NCBI RefSeq assembly: GCF_004102945.1
Contig: NZ_CP019384.1
Span: 180,001-212,000 of the forward strand
Length of the DNA stretch: 32,000 nucleotides
Direction of reading: 5' to 3'
DNA from: Candidatus Velamenicoccus archaeovorus
Lineage (GTDB): Bacteria > Omnitrophota > Gorgyraeia > Velamenicoccales > Velamenicoccaceae
Shown: piece by piece, positions 7,511 through 15,010 of the stretch
How positions within the stretch are numbered: the first letter of the stretch is position 1
Layout: each line of letters opens with the position of its first letter
Position numbers and translations under genes: made by a program
The notes under the pieces: generated by a model
What the model was told of the DNA's origin: nothing
Databases searched by the model: none
What the model saw: the letters and a program-made list of their open reading frames with translations, nothing else

Positions 7511-7991
7511 GGACATGTATCAGGATTTGGAAGTCTGGTATCCCTACTTGCGGCTGAAGGAAGCGGGATACGAGGTCTTTGCCGTTGGGACGGGCCGCAG
7601 TAAGGTTTATAAAAGCAAACATGGCTATGAGATGCTTCAAGAGTTTACGATCAAGGAGGCGGCTGAGAGAGATTTTGACGCGGTGATCATTCCTGGAGGT
7701 TATGCCCCGGATATTCTGCGGCGTTACCCTGAGGTCAACGGTTTTGTCAGGGTGATGTTCACCCGAGGGAAGGTCGTGGCGTCGATCTGTCACGGCGGCT
7801 GGGTCCTGGCGTCGGCGGGCATCCTGAAAGGCCGGACCGTGACAAGCTTTTTTGCCATCAAGGATGATATGATTCATGCCGGCGCCACGTTTATGGATGA
7901 GGAGGTCGTTGTGGACGGCAACCTGATCACGTCGCGCAAGCCCGAAGACCTCCCGGCGTTCATGAAGGCGGTCTTGAAGGCGCTAAAATAG
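7485..7991 (+). CDS. DJ-1/PfpI-family protein
   Basis: Nucleophile elbow ICHGGWVL, plus DAVIIPGG and VVDGNLITSRKPEDLPAF. Overlaps the Rrf2 gene by 26 nt. Confidence 0.9.
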   Translation: MKRIAVLVEDMYQDLEVWYPYLRLKEAGYEVFAVGTGRSKVYKSKHGYEMLQEFTIKEAAERDFDAVIIPGGYAPDILRRYPEVNGFVRVMFTRGKVVASICHGGWVLASAGILKGRTVTSFFAIKDDMIHAGATFMDEEVVVDGNLITSRKPEDLPAFMKAVLKALK

Positions 7992-8032
7992 ACATATGCT
8001 GTAAGGTTTCAACAGAGAAAAAGGAGAGAAGC

Positions 8033-8260
8033 ATGTCGCTTAAAGAAAAAGTTCAGGAAGCCCTTAAAGAAGTCCGTCCCATGCTTCAGGCTGACGGTGG
8101 CGATGTGGAGTTGATCAGCGCCACGGAAGACGGCAAGGTGACCTTGCGGTTGACCGGCGCCTGCGGGTCGTGCCCCATGTCGCAGATGACTCTCAAGATG
8201 GGCGTGGAACGGATCCTGAAGAAAAAAGTCCCGGAAGTCAAAGAGGTCTTGTCGGCCTAA
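8033..8260 (+). CDS. NifU C-terminal-domain (Nfu-type) Fe-S scaffold/carrier protein
   Basis: 75 aa with GGDVELI..GKVTLRLTGACGSCPMS (CxxC). SD AAGGAGAG upstream. Confidence 0.9.
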   Translation: MSLKEKVQEALKEVRPMLQADGGDVELISATEDGKVTLRLTGACGSCPMSQMTLKMGVERILKKKVPEVKEVLSA

Positions 8261-8272
8261 AAGCTAAAAGCG

Positions 8273-9091
8273 ATGGCCGCGATCCTTGAGAAGAAACTCC
8301 GGAAGCTCAGGCTGCGCTTGAAGAAACTTCGGTCGGTCGTCGTGGCTTTTTCCGGCGGAGTGGACAGCACGTTTCTCCTGGCGGTCGCAGGTAATGTCCT
8401 GAAGGGGCGTGTCTTGGCTGTCACCGCCTTGTCGGAAACCTATCCGGCCTCCGAGGCCCGGGACGCGAGGCTTGCGGCGAGGCGGTTGGGCGTGCGGCAT
8501 TGTTTTATCCGCACTCATGAGCTCAAAAACCACGCATTTCGTTCGAATCCGCCGAACCGCTGTTATCATTGCAAAAAAGAGCTTTTTAAGAAACTCAATG
8601 CGGTCGCGTTGTGTCATCGCATGAGATATGTGATTGACGGTTCGAATGCCGATGACCTCAGGGATTACCGTCCCGGCGCTGTGGCGAAAACCGCCGCAAA
8701 GGTTGTTTCTCCTTTGTGCGATGCGGGCTTGACAAAGAAGGAGATACGCCGGGCTTCCCGGAAGATGGGACTTGTGACCTGGCGCAAGCCGGCCATGGCC
8801 TGCCTGGCTTCCCGTATCCCTTATGGTTCTGTCATTACCCGCCAAAGGCTTCGGCGCATTCAGAAAGCCGAAGAGACGGTCAGGGATATCTGTGGTATCC
8901 GGGGCAATCTGCGCGTCAGGGATTTCGGTTCCCTGGCAAAGATAGAAGTCGATCCCGCCGAGATGGGGTTGTTGAAAGGCGCGGCTGGGCTTAAAAGAAC
9001 GCTGAAAACAGCCGGATATGCGGACATACAGATCGACCCCTGCGGTTACCGCATGGGCAGCCTGAATGAACGCTTGAAGCCGTCCGCATGA
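8273..9091 (+). CDS. larE: LarE-family ATP-dependent sulfur transferase (PP-loop, TIGR00268-like)
   Basis: PP-loop AFSGGVDSTFL, plus NRCYHCKKELF (C97-x2-C100) and MACLASRIPYG (C177). Length about 270 aa. Confidence 0.8.
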   Translation: MAAILEKKLRKLRLRLKKLRSVVVAFSGGVDSTFLLAVAGNVLKGRVLAVTALSETYPASEARDARLAARRLGVRHCFIRTHELKNHAFRSNPPNRCYHCKKELFKKLNAVALCHRMRYVIDGSNADDLRDYRPGAVAKTAAKVVSPLCDAGLTKKEIRRASRKMGLVTWRKPAMACLASRIPYGSVITRQRLRRIQKAEETVRDICGIRGNLRVRDFGSLAKIEVDPAEMGLLKGAAGLKRTLKTAGYADIQIDPCGYRMGSLNERLKPSA

Positions 9092-9101
9092 AGCAAAGTT
9101 T

Positions 9102-9143
9102 GATCGAAGCCGAGCTTCAATCAAGCAAAGCTCGGCTTCGATC
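9102..9143. repeat. REP-like doublet forming a perfect 16-bp-stem hairpin
   Basis: A full forward unit GATCGAAGCCGAGCTTCAATCA at 9102-9123. The inverted partial unit AAGCTCGGCTTCGATC at 9128-9143 pairs with 9102-9117, leaving a 10-nt loop. Confidence 0.85.
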
Positions 9144-9165
9144 AGGGGATTTCAATTAGGGGAGA

Positions 9166-10347
9166 ATGATGGAAAAAATATATTTTGATTATGCGGCAAC
9201 GACGCCGACAGACCCGCAGGTCCTGGAGGCGATGAAGCCGTTTTTTGGCAAGGCCTTCGGAAATCCCTCGAGCATCCATTCCTTCGGCCGCGAGGCCAGA
9301 GGGGCCATGGAAGACGCGCGCCAAAAGGTCGCTTCGTTCTTGGGCGCCAAGCTGGAAGAGATCATTTTTACTTCCAGCGGGACGGAGGCGGACAACTTTG
9401 CCCTGTTTGGCGTGCTTTGGGCGAATGCCGCCAAGGGTAACCATGTCGTGACGACGGCCATCGAGCATCACGCTATCCTCGAGCCGGCCCGTTTTTTGGA
9501 GAAATTGGGTTACAAGGTGACGTCCGTGCGTCCCGACAGGGAAGGGTTGGTCCATCCTGAAGACATCGCCGCCGCCATGACCGACCAGACGGTCCTGGTA
9601 TCCGTCATGCACGCCAATAACGAGATCGGCACCATCCAGCCGATCAAGGAAATCGCCTCGCTTGTCAAAGAGAAGGGCGCTTATATGCATACCGACGCCG
9701 TCCAGACGGTCGGCCATATCCCCGTGAACGTCGCCGAGATGGGCGTGGATCTTTTGTCGTTGTCGGCCCACAAATTCTACGGTCCCAAAGGAGTGGGTTG
9801 TCTCTATGTCAGGAAAGGCACGCGTATCGCGCCTTTCCTGCGCGGCGGCGGCCAGGAGAGGCATAGACGCGCTTCGACGGAAAACATCCCGGGGATCGCG
9901 GGGCTCGGGAAGGCCCTTGAGCTTTGCGGCGAGCGCATGGCTGAAGAAATTGTGGTGCAGACGCGCCTGCGCGACAAGCTTATCGCCGGCATTCAGAAGA
10001 GGATCGATCGGGTCTATCTGAACGGCCATGCGAGCCGGAGACTACCCAATAACGTGAATTTTTCCATCGAGTATATCGAAGGGGAATCTATGCTTCTCAA
10101 CCTCGATATGTTGGGTATCGCGGCATCGACGGGGTCTGCCTGTACGTCCGGAGACCTGGAGCCGTCCCACGTCCTTTTAAGCATCGGCCGTCCTCACGAG
10201 CTTTGTCACGGATCTATCCGTCTGACCCTCGGGCGCTACACACGGGAGGAAGAGGTGGACCGTTTCCTCGACGTTTTTCCCAAGGTCGTCGCCAAACTGC
10301 GCGCCATGTCTCCGCTTTATCCCGTTAGAGAAAACCGGCTTCCTTAA
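9166..10347 (+). CDS. nifS: cysteine desulfurase (NifS/IscS class I)
   Basis: YFDYAATTP, PLP-lysine motif SAHKFYGPKG, active-site loop STGSACTSG. SD GGGGAGAA upstream. Confidence 0.92.
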   Translation: MMEKIYFDYAATTPTDPQVLEAMKPFFGKAFGNPSSIHSFGREARGAMEDARQKVASFLGAKLEEIIFTSSGTEADNFALFGVLWANAAKGNHVVTTAIEHHAILEPARFLEKLGYKVTSVRPDREGLVHPEDIAAAMTDQTVLVSVMHANNEIGTIQPIKEIASLVKEKGAYMHTDAVQTVGHIPVNVAEMGVDLLSLSAHKFYGPKGVGCLYVRKGTRIAPFLRGGGQERHRRASTENIPGIAGLGKALELCGERMAEEIVVQTRLRDKLIAGIQKRIDRVYLNGHASRRLPNNVNFSIEYIEGESMLLNLDMLGIAASTGSACTSGDLEPSHVLLSIGRPHELCHGSIRLTLGRYTREEEVDRFLDVFPKVVAKLRAMSPLYPVRENRLP

Positions 10348-10383
10348 GCGGCAGCGTTCCAAAAGGTTTATGCTCACAAATCT

Positions 10384-10410
10384 TAAAAGGCCCTCCTTTT
10401 AGGGGTTTTC
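10384..10410 (+). terminator. possible weak intrinsic terminator after nifS
   Basis: TAAAAGG (10384-10390) pairs with CCTTTTA (10395-10401), loop CCCT, followed by GGGGTTTTC. The stem is A/U-rich and the T-run is short. Confidence 0.3.
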
Positions 10411-10431
10411 TCCGTGCCAGTCAGGGGGATC

Positions 10432-12240
10432 ATGAAACAAAAAGTCAGAGTCGCGTGTCTGATATTTTTTTGGCAGGTCTTTACCTCTCATGGTCATGCT
10501 GCGCCAGCGACGCAAGAGAACGACCTAGAACCCATCATTGTCCGCCGTCTGCCTTACGGAAGCGCAGGGCACGGCGTCGTTTCCGCCGTCCTGGCGCAGG
10601 AAGAGATCCGCCGTCTCCCCGCCAGGACTCCTCAGGATCTTTTAGATTATGTGGGTGTCGATATCCAGGGCCGCGGCGCCCGGGGCATCAAGGGGGATAT
10701 TTCTTTGAACGGCTCGACGTTCCAGCAGGTCCTGATCCTTGTGAACGGTGTGCGGGTCAAGGACCCCCAGACGGCCCACCAGGATCTAGATCTGTCTTTC
10801 AGCGTGGATGATATCGAGAGGATCGAGATCATTCCCGCCTCAGCCTCTGCGAAATTCGGCCCCGACGGGATCGGCGGCGCCGTGAATTTCGTCCTCCGGG
10901 GGCCTCAAAAGGGAAAGAACCGTCTGACAGCTTCCGGCGGGAACAACACGACGGCCCAGCAGGCCCTGGATGTTTACTACGGGGCCCTGGGGACGGAAAA
11001 CCGTTTTTCCATATGGAATTATTCGACGGCCGGATCCCGTTATGACACCGATGCCCGCATGAGCAATTTTTTCAGCTCCAACAGGCTTTTTAAGGATAAT
11101 GTGTCGTTCTATCTGGATGCCGGCTACAATGAGAAAGAATACGGCGCCTACGATTTTTATACGCCCGGCCGCGGGTTTCCTTCCAAAGAATGGGTCAATG
11201 TCAAGAATGTGGATGCCCGCATGATCTATGAAGGCGACCATTTTTCGTTTGAGCCGCGGTTTGCCTTCCGTCAGTTGTACGATAAATTCATCCTGACGGT
11301 CGAGAACCCCGATTACTACCTGAACCACCACCGTACGGACATGCTGACATGGGGCGGTACGTTGACGGTGCCGTTCGGATCGGGAAAGCTTGCCTCCGGC
11401 GCCGAATACGGCCTGGAGCATATTGTTTCCAGCAATCTCGGCGACCACACGCGCAGCCACTGGTCCCTCCAGGCGGAGCCGTCGTGGAACGTGACGGAAA
11501 AGGTATCGGCCGGAGCCGTCGTCCGCCTCGACGATTATTCCACTTTCAAGGAAGAATGGACCGGTTCGTTTTTGCTCAAGAAGGCGCTCGGGGAAGCGGA
11601 AGAAGTCTATGTTTCCCTCGGCCGCCTCATACGCGTGCCGACATTCACCGAGCTTTATTACAGCGATCCGACGACCGCAGGCGACAGCAATCTTAAGCCC
11701 GAGACTGCTTATAGTCTTGAGCCGGGATGGCGCAAACGCTTGGGCGGCGGCCTGAGCATCGAGGCAGGAGGCTTTATCCGCCAGGAATACGACACGATCG
11801 AATTCACCAAGATGACGCCGGCCGATCCGAAATTCGTGGCGCGCAATATCAGCGAGGCCTTCACGGTCGGCGTCAATCTTTACGGGCGCTGGGATGCCGA
11901 CAGGCATTTCAGCTACGACCTGCGCTATGCCTATACGAACAAGGACCTTAACGACAAAGGGCTTATTTATAAGTACGGCTTCAGTTATCTTCAGCACATG
12001 ATCGACCTGGGGCTTGAGCAGCGGTTCGGCGCCTGGCGCAACCGTGCCGATGTTCTCATGAAGAAAAAACCGATCCGCAGGGCCTGGGTGATCGTAAGCG
12101 ACAAGCTTAGCGTTGACATCGGGCGCCGGTGGCAGGTATTTTTCGAGGTGTATAATCTTTTTGGCGCCGAATTCCAGGATATCGAAGGTATCCCGGAAGA
12201 GGGCCGGACGGTGACCCTCGGCGCGACATTGAACTGGTAA
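10432..12240 (+). CDS. TonB-dependent outer-membrane receptor
   Basis: Signal peptide (MKQKVRVACLIFFWQVFTSHGHA). Plug motifs (DLLDYVGVDIQGRG..ISLNGSTFQQVLILVNGVRV..IERIEIIPASASAKFGPDGIGGAVNFV). Beta-barrel ending LGATLNW. I chose ATG 10432, preceded by CAGGGGGAT, over GTG 10414. Confidence 0.85.
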   Translation: MKQKVRVACLIFFWQVFTSHGHAAPATQENDLEPIIVRRLPYGSAGHGVVSAVLAQEEIRRLPARTPQDLLDYVGVDIQGRGARGIKGDISLNGSTFQQVLILVNGVRVKDPQTAHQDLDLSFSVDDIERIEIIPASASAKFGPDGIGGAVNFVLRGPQKGKNRLTASGGNNTTAQQALDVYYGALGTENRFSIWNYSTAGSRYDTDARMSNFFSSNRLFKDNVSFYLDAGYNEKEYGAYDFYTPGRGFPSKEWVNVKNVDARMIYEGDHFSFEPRFAFRQLYDKFILTVENPDYYLNHHRTDMLTWGGTLTVPFGSGKLASGAEYGLEHIVSSNLGDHTRSHWSLQAEPSWNVTEKVSAGAVVRLDDYSTFKEEWTGSFLLKKALGEAEEVYVSLGRLIRVPTFTELYYSDPTTAGDSNLKPETAYSLEPGWRKRLGGGLSIEAGGFIRQEYDTIEFTKMTPADPKFVARNISEAFTVGVNLYGRWDADRHFSYDLRYAYTNKDLNDKGLIYKYGFSYLQHMIDLGLEQRFGAWRNRADVLMKKKPIRRAWVIVSDKLSVDIGRRWQVFFEVYNLFGAEFQDIEGIPEEGRTVTLGATLNW

Positions 12241-12243
12241 ATA

Positions 12244-12271
12244 TCAATTAACAATGAACAATGAAAAATTA
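12244..12271 (+). repeat. heptamer array TCAATTA-ACAATGA-ACAATGA-AAAATTA (left flank of cassette)
   Basis: Four 7-nt units read directly from the sequence. 12253-12265 (AATGAACAATGAA) is the perfect reverse complement of 12761-12773. Confidence 0.7.
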
Positions 12272-12345
12272 ACTCTGCGCCGACCTAAAGCTCCGCCCTT
12301 TAGGGCGCAAGAGTGTTGTGGTCGCTTAGAGTAACCCGAAACAAG

Positions 12346-12398
12346 CCCCGGCCTGCCCTTGGCTTTGCCCTCGGCCTCCGGCCAGGGGCAGGCCGGGG
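12346..12398 (+). other. GC-rich 13-bp-stem hairpin just upstream of the four-helix-bundle gene
   Basis: CCCCGGCCTGCCC (12346-12358) is perfectly complementary to GGGCAGGCCGGGG (12386-12398), with a 27-nt loop. A second hairpin lies at about 12277-12308 (CCTAAAG/CTTTAGG plus GCGC/GCGC). Confidence 0.6.
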
Positions 12399-12406
12399 AA
12401 TATGGG

Positions 12407-12757
12407 TTGACAATTAAAAGAGATATTGTTGAGCGAACTTATAGTTTAGCTCTGCGGATCATTAAATTTGTTAAAACTCTTCCAAAAGAGACTTCTGTTT
12501 TCGTCTTGGGAAGGCAATTGGTCGCCTCGGGAACTTCTATTGCGGCGAACGTTGAAGAAGCCCAAGGGGCATTCAGTAAAGATGATTTTATCTATAAAAT
12601 GCAGACGGCTTTTAAGGAGGCCCTTGAGACAAATTTATGGTTAAGGTTGATTTTTGATGCAAAATTGAGCGATGCTTCAGAGTTAAAATCTCTTCTGCAA
12701 GAATCTACTGAAATTAAAAAAATTCTTGCTTCAATCGTTAAAAATTCTAAAAAGTAA
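12407..12757 (+). CDS. four-helix-bundle protein (23S rRNA intervening-sequence protein / Avd family, TIGR02436-like)
   Basis: YSLALRIIKFVKTLPKE..GRQLVASGTSIAANVEEAQGAFSKDDFIYKMQTAFKEALETNLWLRL is the family pattern. The gene is AT-rich. I prefer the in-frame TTG at 12407, because the upstream part of the listed ORF (12359-12406) is occupied by the GC-rich hairpin. Confidence 0.8.
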   Translation: MTIKRDIVERTYSLALRIIKFVKTLPKETSVFVLGRQLVASGTSIAANVEEAQGAFSKDDFIYKMQTAFKEALETNLWLRLIFDAKLSDASELKSLLQESTEIKKILASIVKNSKK

Positions 12758-12789
12758 TTGTTCATTGTTCATTTTTAATTTTTAATTCA
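12755..12789 (+). repeat. heptamer array TAATTGT-TCATTGT-TCATTTT-TAATTTT-TAATTCA (right flank of cassette)
   Basis: Five 7-nt units starting at the TAA stop of the four-helix-bundle gene. The units are reverse complements of the left-flank units (TCATTGT = rc ACAATGA; TAATTTT = rc AAAATTA). Confidence 0.7.
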
Positions 12790-12793
12790 TATT

Positions 12794-13903
12794 ATGTCTA
12801 AAAAAGTGATGGTCGCGATGAGCGGCGGCGTGGATTCTTCTGTCGCGGCGCTCATCCTCAAAGAGCAAGGTTACGACGTCGTCGGGGTGACGATGTGTTT
12901 TTCCCTGTCCCGGCGGCAGGCAGAGGGGCCGGCGGGCCGACGGCCGGCCTGTTGCGGTCTGGAGGGGATTGAAGACGCCCGGCGCGTCGCCCGCGATATC
13001 GGTATCCCTCACTACGTCTTGAATTTTGCCAGGGACATGGAAGAGACGGTTGTTCTTGATTTTGTCTCCGAATATCTCCTGGGCCGCACCCCTAATCCTT
13101 GTGTCCGATGCAACCAATACCTGAAGTTCGGAAAGCTCCTGCAAAAGTCCCGCGCCTTGGGCATGACAAAGTTGGCGACGGGACATTATGCGCGCCTGGA
13201 AAAAGAAGGGAGGGGTTATGTCCTCAAAAAAGGGGTGGATCCGAAAAAGGACCAGTCGTATTTCCTGTGTCTTGTCAGAAGGAAGGATCTGGCGCGCGTT
13301 CTCTTTCCGCTGGGCCGCATGACGAAAGAGGAGGTCCGCAGGATCGCCCTGAAAAGAGGGCTGTCGGTTGCAGATAAGCCGGGGAGCCAGGAGATCTGTT
13401 TTGTGCCCGGCAACGATTACCGCGCCTTCCTAAGGAAACGCCTGAACCGGGCCTGTTTCCGGCCCGGGGCTATCACGGATATGTCCGGCAAGGTCCTCGG
13501 AAGCCACCACGGTATCTTTAATTATACCGTCGGCCAAAGGGAGGGCCTTGGGATTTCCGCATCTCATCCTTTTTATGTGGTCAGGCTGGACGAAAAAGAA
13601 AACAAAGTCATTGTCGGCCCTCGGGAAGCGTTGTTCAGCCGCGGCCTCACCGCCGTCGGGCCGAACTGGTTTTGTGCGCGTTGCACGCAAAATTTTGAGA
13701 AAAATAAGCACGTAGAAGCCAAAATAAGGTATAATCAACCGCAAGTCCCGGCGAAGATTACGCGTTTGACCAGGACGCGTCTGGAGGTGGTCTTTCCCGA
13801 AGCCCAGCGTGCCGTCACACCGGGGCAGTTTATTGTTTTCTACAACAACGACTTGGTCCTCGGGGGGGCCAGGATCGAGCAGGGGAAATCCGATGCCTCA
13901 TAA
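12794..13903 (+). CDS. mnmA: tRNA 2-thiouridine(34) synthase MnmA (CxxC+C type)
   Basis: PP-loop AMSGGVDSSVAA, plus TPNPCVRCNQYLKF (C103-x2-C106), DQSYFL and SQEICF (C202). Confidence 0.93.
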   Translation: MSKKVMVAMSGGVDSSVAALILKEQGYDVVGVTMCFSLSRRQAEGPAGRRPACCGLEGIEDARRVARDIGIPHYVLNFARDMEETVVLDFVSEYLLGRTPNPCVRCNQYLKFGKLLQKSRALGMTKLATGHYARLEKEGRGYVLKKGVDPKKDQSYFLCLVRRKDLARVLFPLGRMTKEEVRRIALKRGLSVADKPGSQEICFVPGNDYRAFLRKRLNRACFRPGAITDMSGKVLGSHHGIFNYTVGQREGLGISASHPFYVVRLDEKENKVIVGPREALFSRGLTAVGPNWFCARCTQNFEKNKHVEAKIRYNQPQVPAKITRLTRTRLEVVFPEAQRAVTPGQFIVFYNNDLVLGGARIEQGKSDAS

Positions 13904-14801
13904 GGAGATGGTTCAGAAGATCGACAGGCTGAGAAAAGAGCGCAATGCCGTGATCCTGGCGCACAATTACCAGCTGCCCGAAGTCCAGGATATCGCCGAC
14001 CATTGCGGAGATTCTCTGGAACTCAGCCGGATTGCCGCCAAGTCCGACAAAAGAGTCATTGTTTTCTGCGGCGTTTATTTCATGGCGGAGACGGCCTCTA
14101 TCCTGTGCCCCGACAAGACCATCTTGATCCCCGATCCGATGGCCGGATGTCCGATGGCCAATATGATCGATGCCGAGGATGTCCGCCAGCTCAAGGCGCG
14201 CCACCCCAAGGCTATTGTCGTCGGTTATGTCAACACACCCGCGGATGTTAAGGCAGAATTGGACATCTGCTGCACATCGACTAATGCCGTGGATATTATT
14301 TCCAAACTCAAAAATGAAGAGATCATTTTTGTTCCCGATAAATATCTCGCGGATTATGTTTCCAAAAAAACCAACAAGCGCCTGATCGCCTGGGAGGGGT
14401 ATTGTCCCACGCACGTCAAGATCCTTCCCGAAGACATCATCAAAAAGGTGCGCCAGCATCCGGGCGCAAAGGTCATGGTTCACCCCGAATGCCGGCCTGA
14501 GGTCGTCGAGCTTGCGGATGAGGTGCTTTCGACGGGGAAGATGTGCGCCTTTGCCAAGAAATCCTCGGCCAAGGAGTTCATTGTCGGCACGGAAGCCGGC
14601 ATGATCCACAGGCTCCAGAAGGATAATCCGGACAAGAAATTCTATCCTGCATCCGAAAACGCGGTTTGCCCCAACATGAAACGCACGACCCTGGAAAAGG
14701 TTCTCTGGTCTTTGGAAGAGAACAAGACCGTCGTTTCTGTTTCCGACGATATCCGCCGCCGCGCCCGCCGCGCCATCGACAAGATGGTCGAACTCGCCTG
14801 A
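13893..14801 (+). CDS. nadA: quinolinate synthase NadA
   Basis: AVILAHNYQLPEVQDIADHCGDSLELSR, with three cluster Cys in GCPMANM, YCPTHV and VCPNMK. Start chosen at ATG 13893 (AGGGGAA upstream; 11-nt overlap with mnmA). ATG 13908 is an alternative. Confidence 0.9.
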   Translation: MPHKEMVQKIDRLRKERNAVILAHNYQLPEVQDIADHCGDSLELSRIAAKSDKRVIVFCGVYFMAETASILCPDKTILIPDPMAGCPMANMIDAEDVRQLKARHPKAIVVGYVNTPADVKAELDICCTSTNAVDIISKLKNEEIIFVPDKYLADYVSKKTNKRLIAWEGYCPTHVKILPEDIIKKVRQHPGAKVMVHPECRPEVVELADEVLSTGKMCAFAKKSSAKEFIVGTEAGMIHRLQKDNPDKKFYPASENAVCPNMKRTTLEKVLWSLEENKTVVSVSDDIRRRARRAIDKMVELA

Positions 14802-14819
14802 CGTCCGATCGAAACCTCA

Positions 14820-14841
14820 GATCGAAGCCGAGCTTCAATCA
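14820..14841 (+). repeat. REP-like 22-bp palindromic repeat, forward copy
   Basis: GATCGAAGCCGAGCTTCAATCA, an exact match to the copy at 9102-9123. Internal hairpin GAT-c-GAAGC cga GCTTC-a-ATC. Confidence 0.9.
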
Positions 14842-14936
14842 TCTTCAGATAGAGGGCTGTCGCCGAAGAATGTTATTTTGATAAAATATAGTCAATTTCC
14901 CTCATGTCCGAAATCCCTCCAATGCGAAGCCATCTT

Positions 14937-14958
14937 TGATTGAAGCTCGGCTTCGATC
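14937..14958 (-). repeat. REP-like 22-bp palindromic repeat, reverse copy
   Basis: TGATTGAAGCTCGGCTTCGATC, the exact reverse complement of the 14820 copy, with 95 nt between the two. Confidence 0.9.
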
Positions 14959-15010
14959 ATTTTCCCTTCATTCGGGCAACTCTTGAAGATTTATATTCAA
15001 GGAGGATGCC

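Noticed and set aside
8264-9124. A 286-aa minus-strand ORF beginning MIEARLRS, and its sibling at 14642-14842.
   Set aside because: The start codon and first residues are simply the translated REP repeat. The rest is antisense to larE or nadA.
8273-10347. Interpreting larE-nifS as a nickel-pincer (Lar) cofactor operon.
   Set aside because: No LarB, LarC or LarA candidates are present in the window, so the context only supports a generic sulfur-transfer role. This is reported as a finding rather than a pathway call.
10348-10431. A cobalamin or other riboswitch upstream of the TonB-dependent receptor.
   Set aside because: The spacer is only ~85 nt, contains one A/U-rich hairpin, and has no B12-box-like GCCACTG element.
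10840-11997. A 385-aa minus-strand ORF, and similar long antisense ORFs at 97-801, 853-1656, 3785-4558, 13830-14609, 20479-21219, 29434-30165 and 30856-31677.
   Set aside because: Each lies fully antisense to a + strand gene with clear family motifs. Their translations are Arg/Gly/Pro/Ala-rich with no recognisable motif or SD, as expected for shadow ORFs in GC-rich DNA.
12359-12406. The upstream TTG start that extends the four-helix-bundle ORF (MALPSASGQGQAGEYG...).
   Set aside because: This stretch lies within the 13-bp-stem GC-rich hairpin (its loop and 3' arm) and is compositionally unlike the AT-rich gene. Family members start only a few residues before the first helix, so TTG 12407 is preferred.
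12241-12793. The four-helix-bundle gene as part of a diversity-generating retroelement (Avd), or of a 23S rRNA intervening sequence.
   Set aside because: There is no reverse transcriptase, template/variable repeat pair or rRNA sequence in the window. Only the protein family and the paired flanks are shared.
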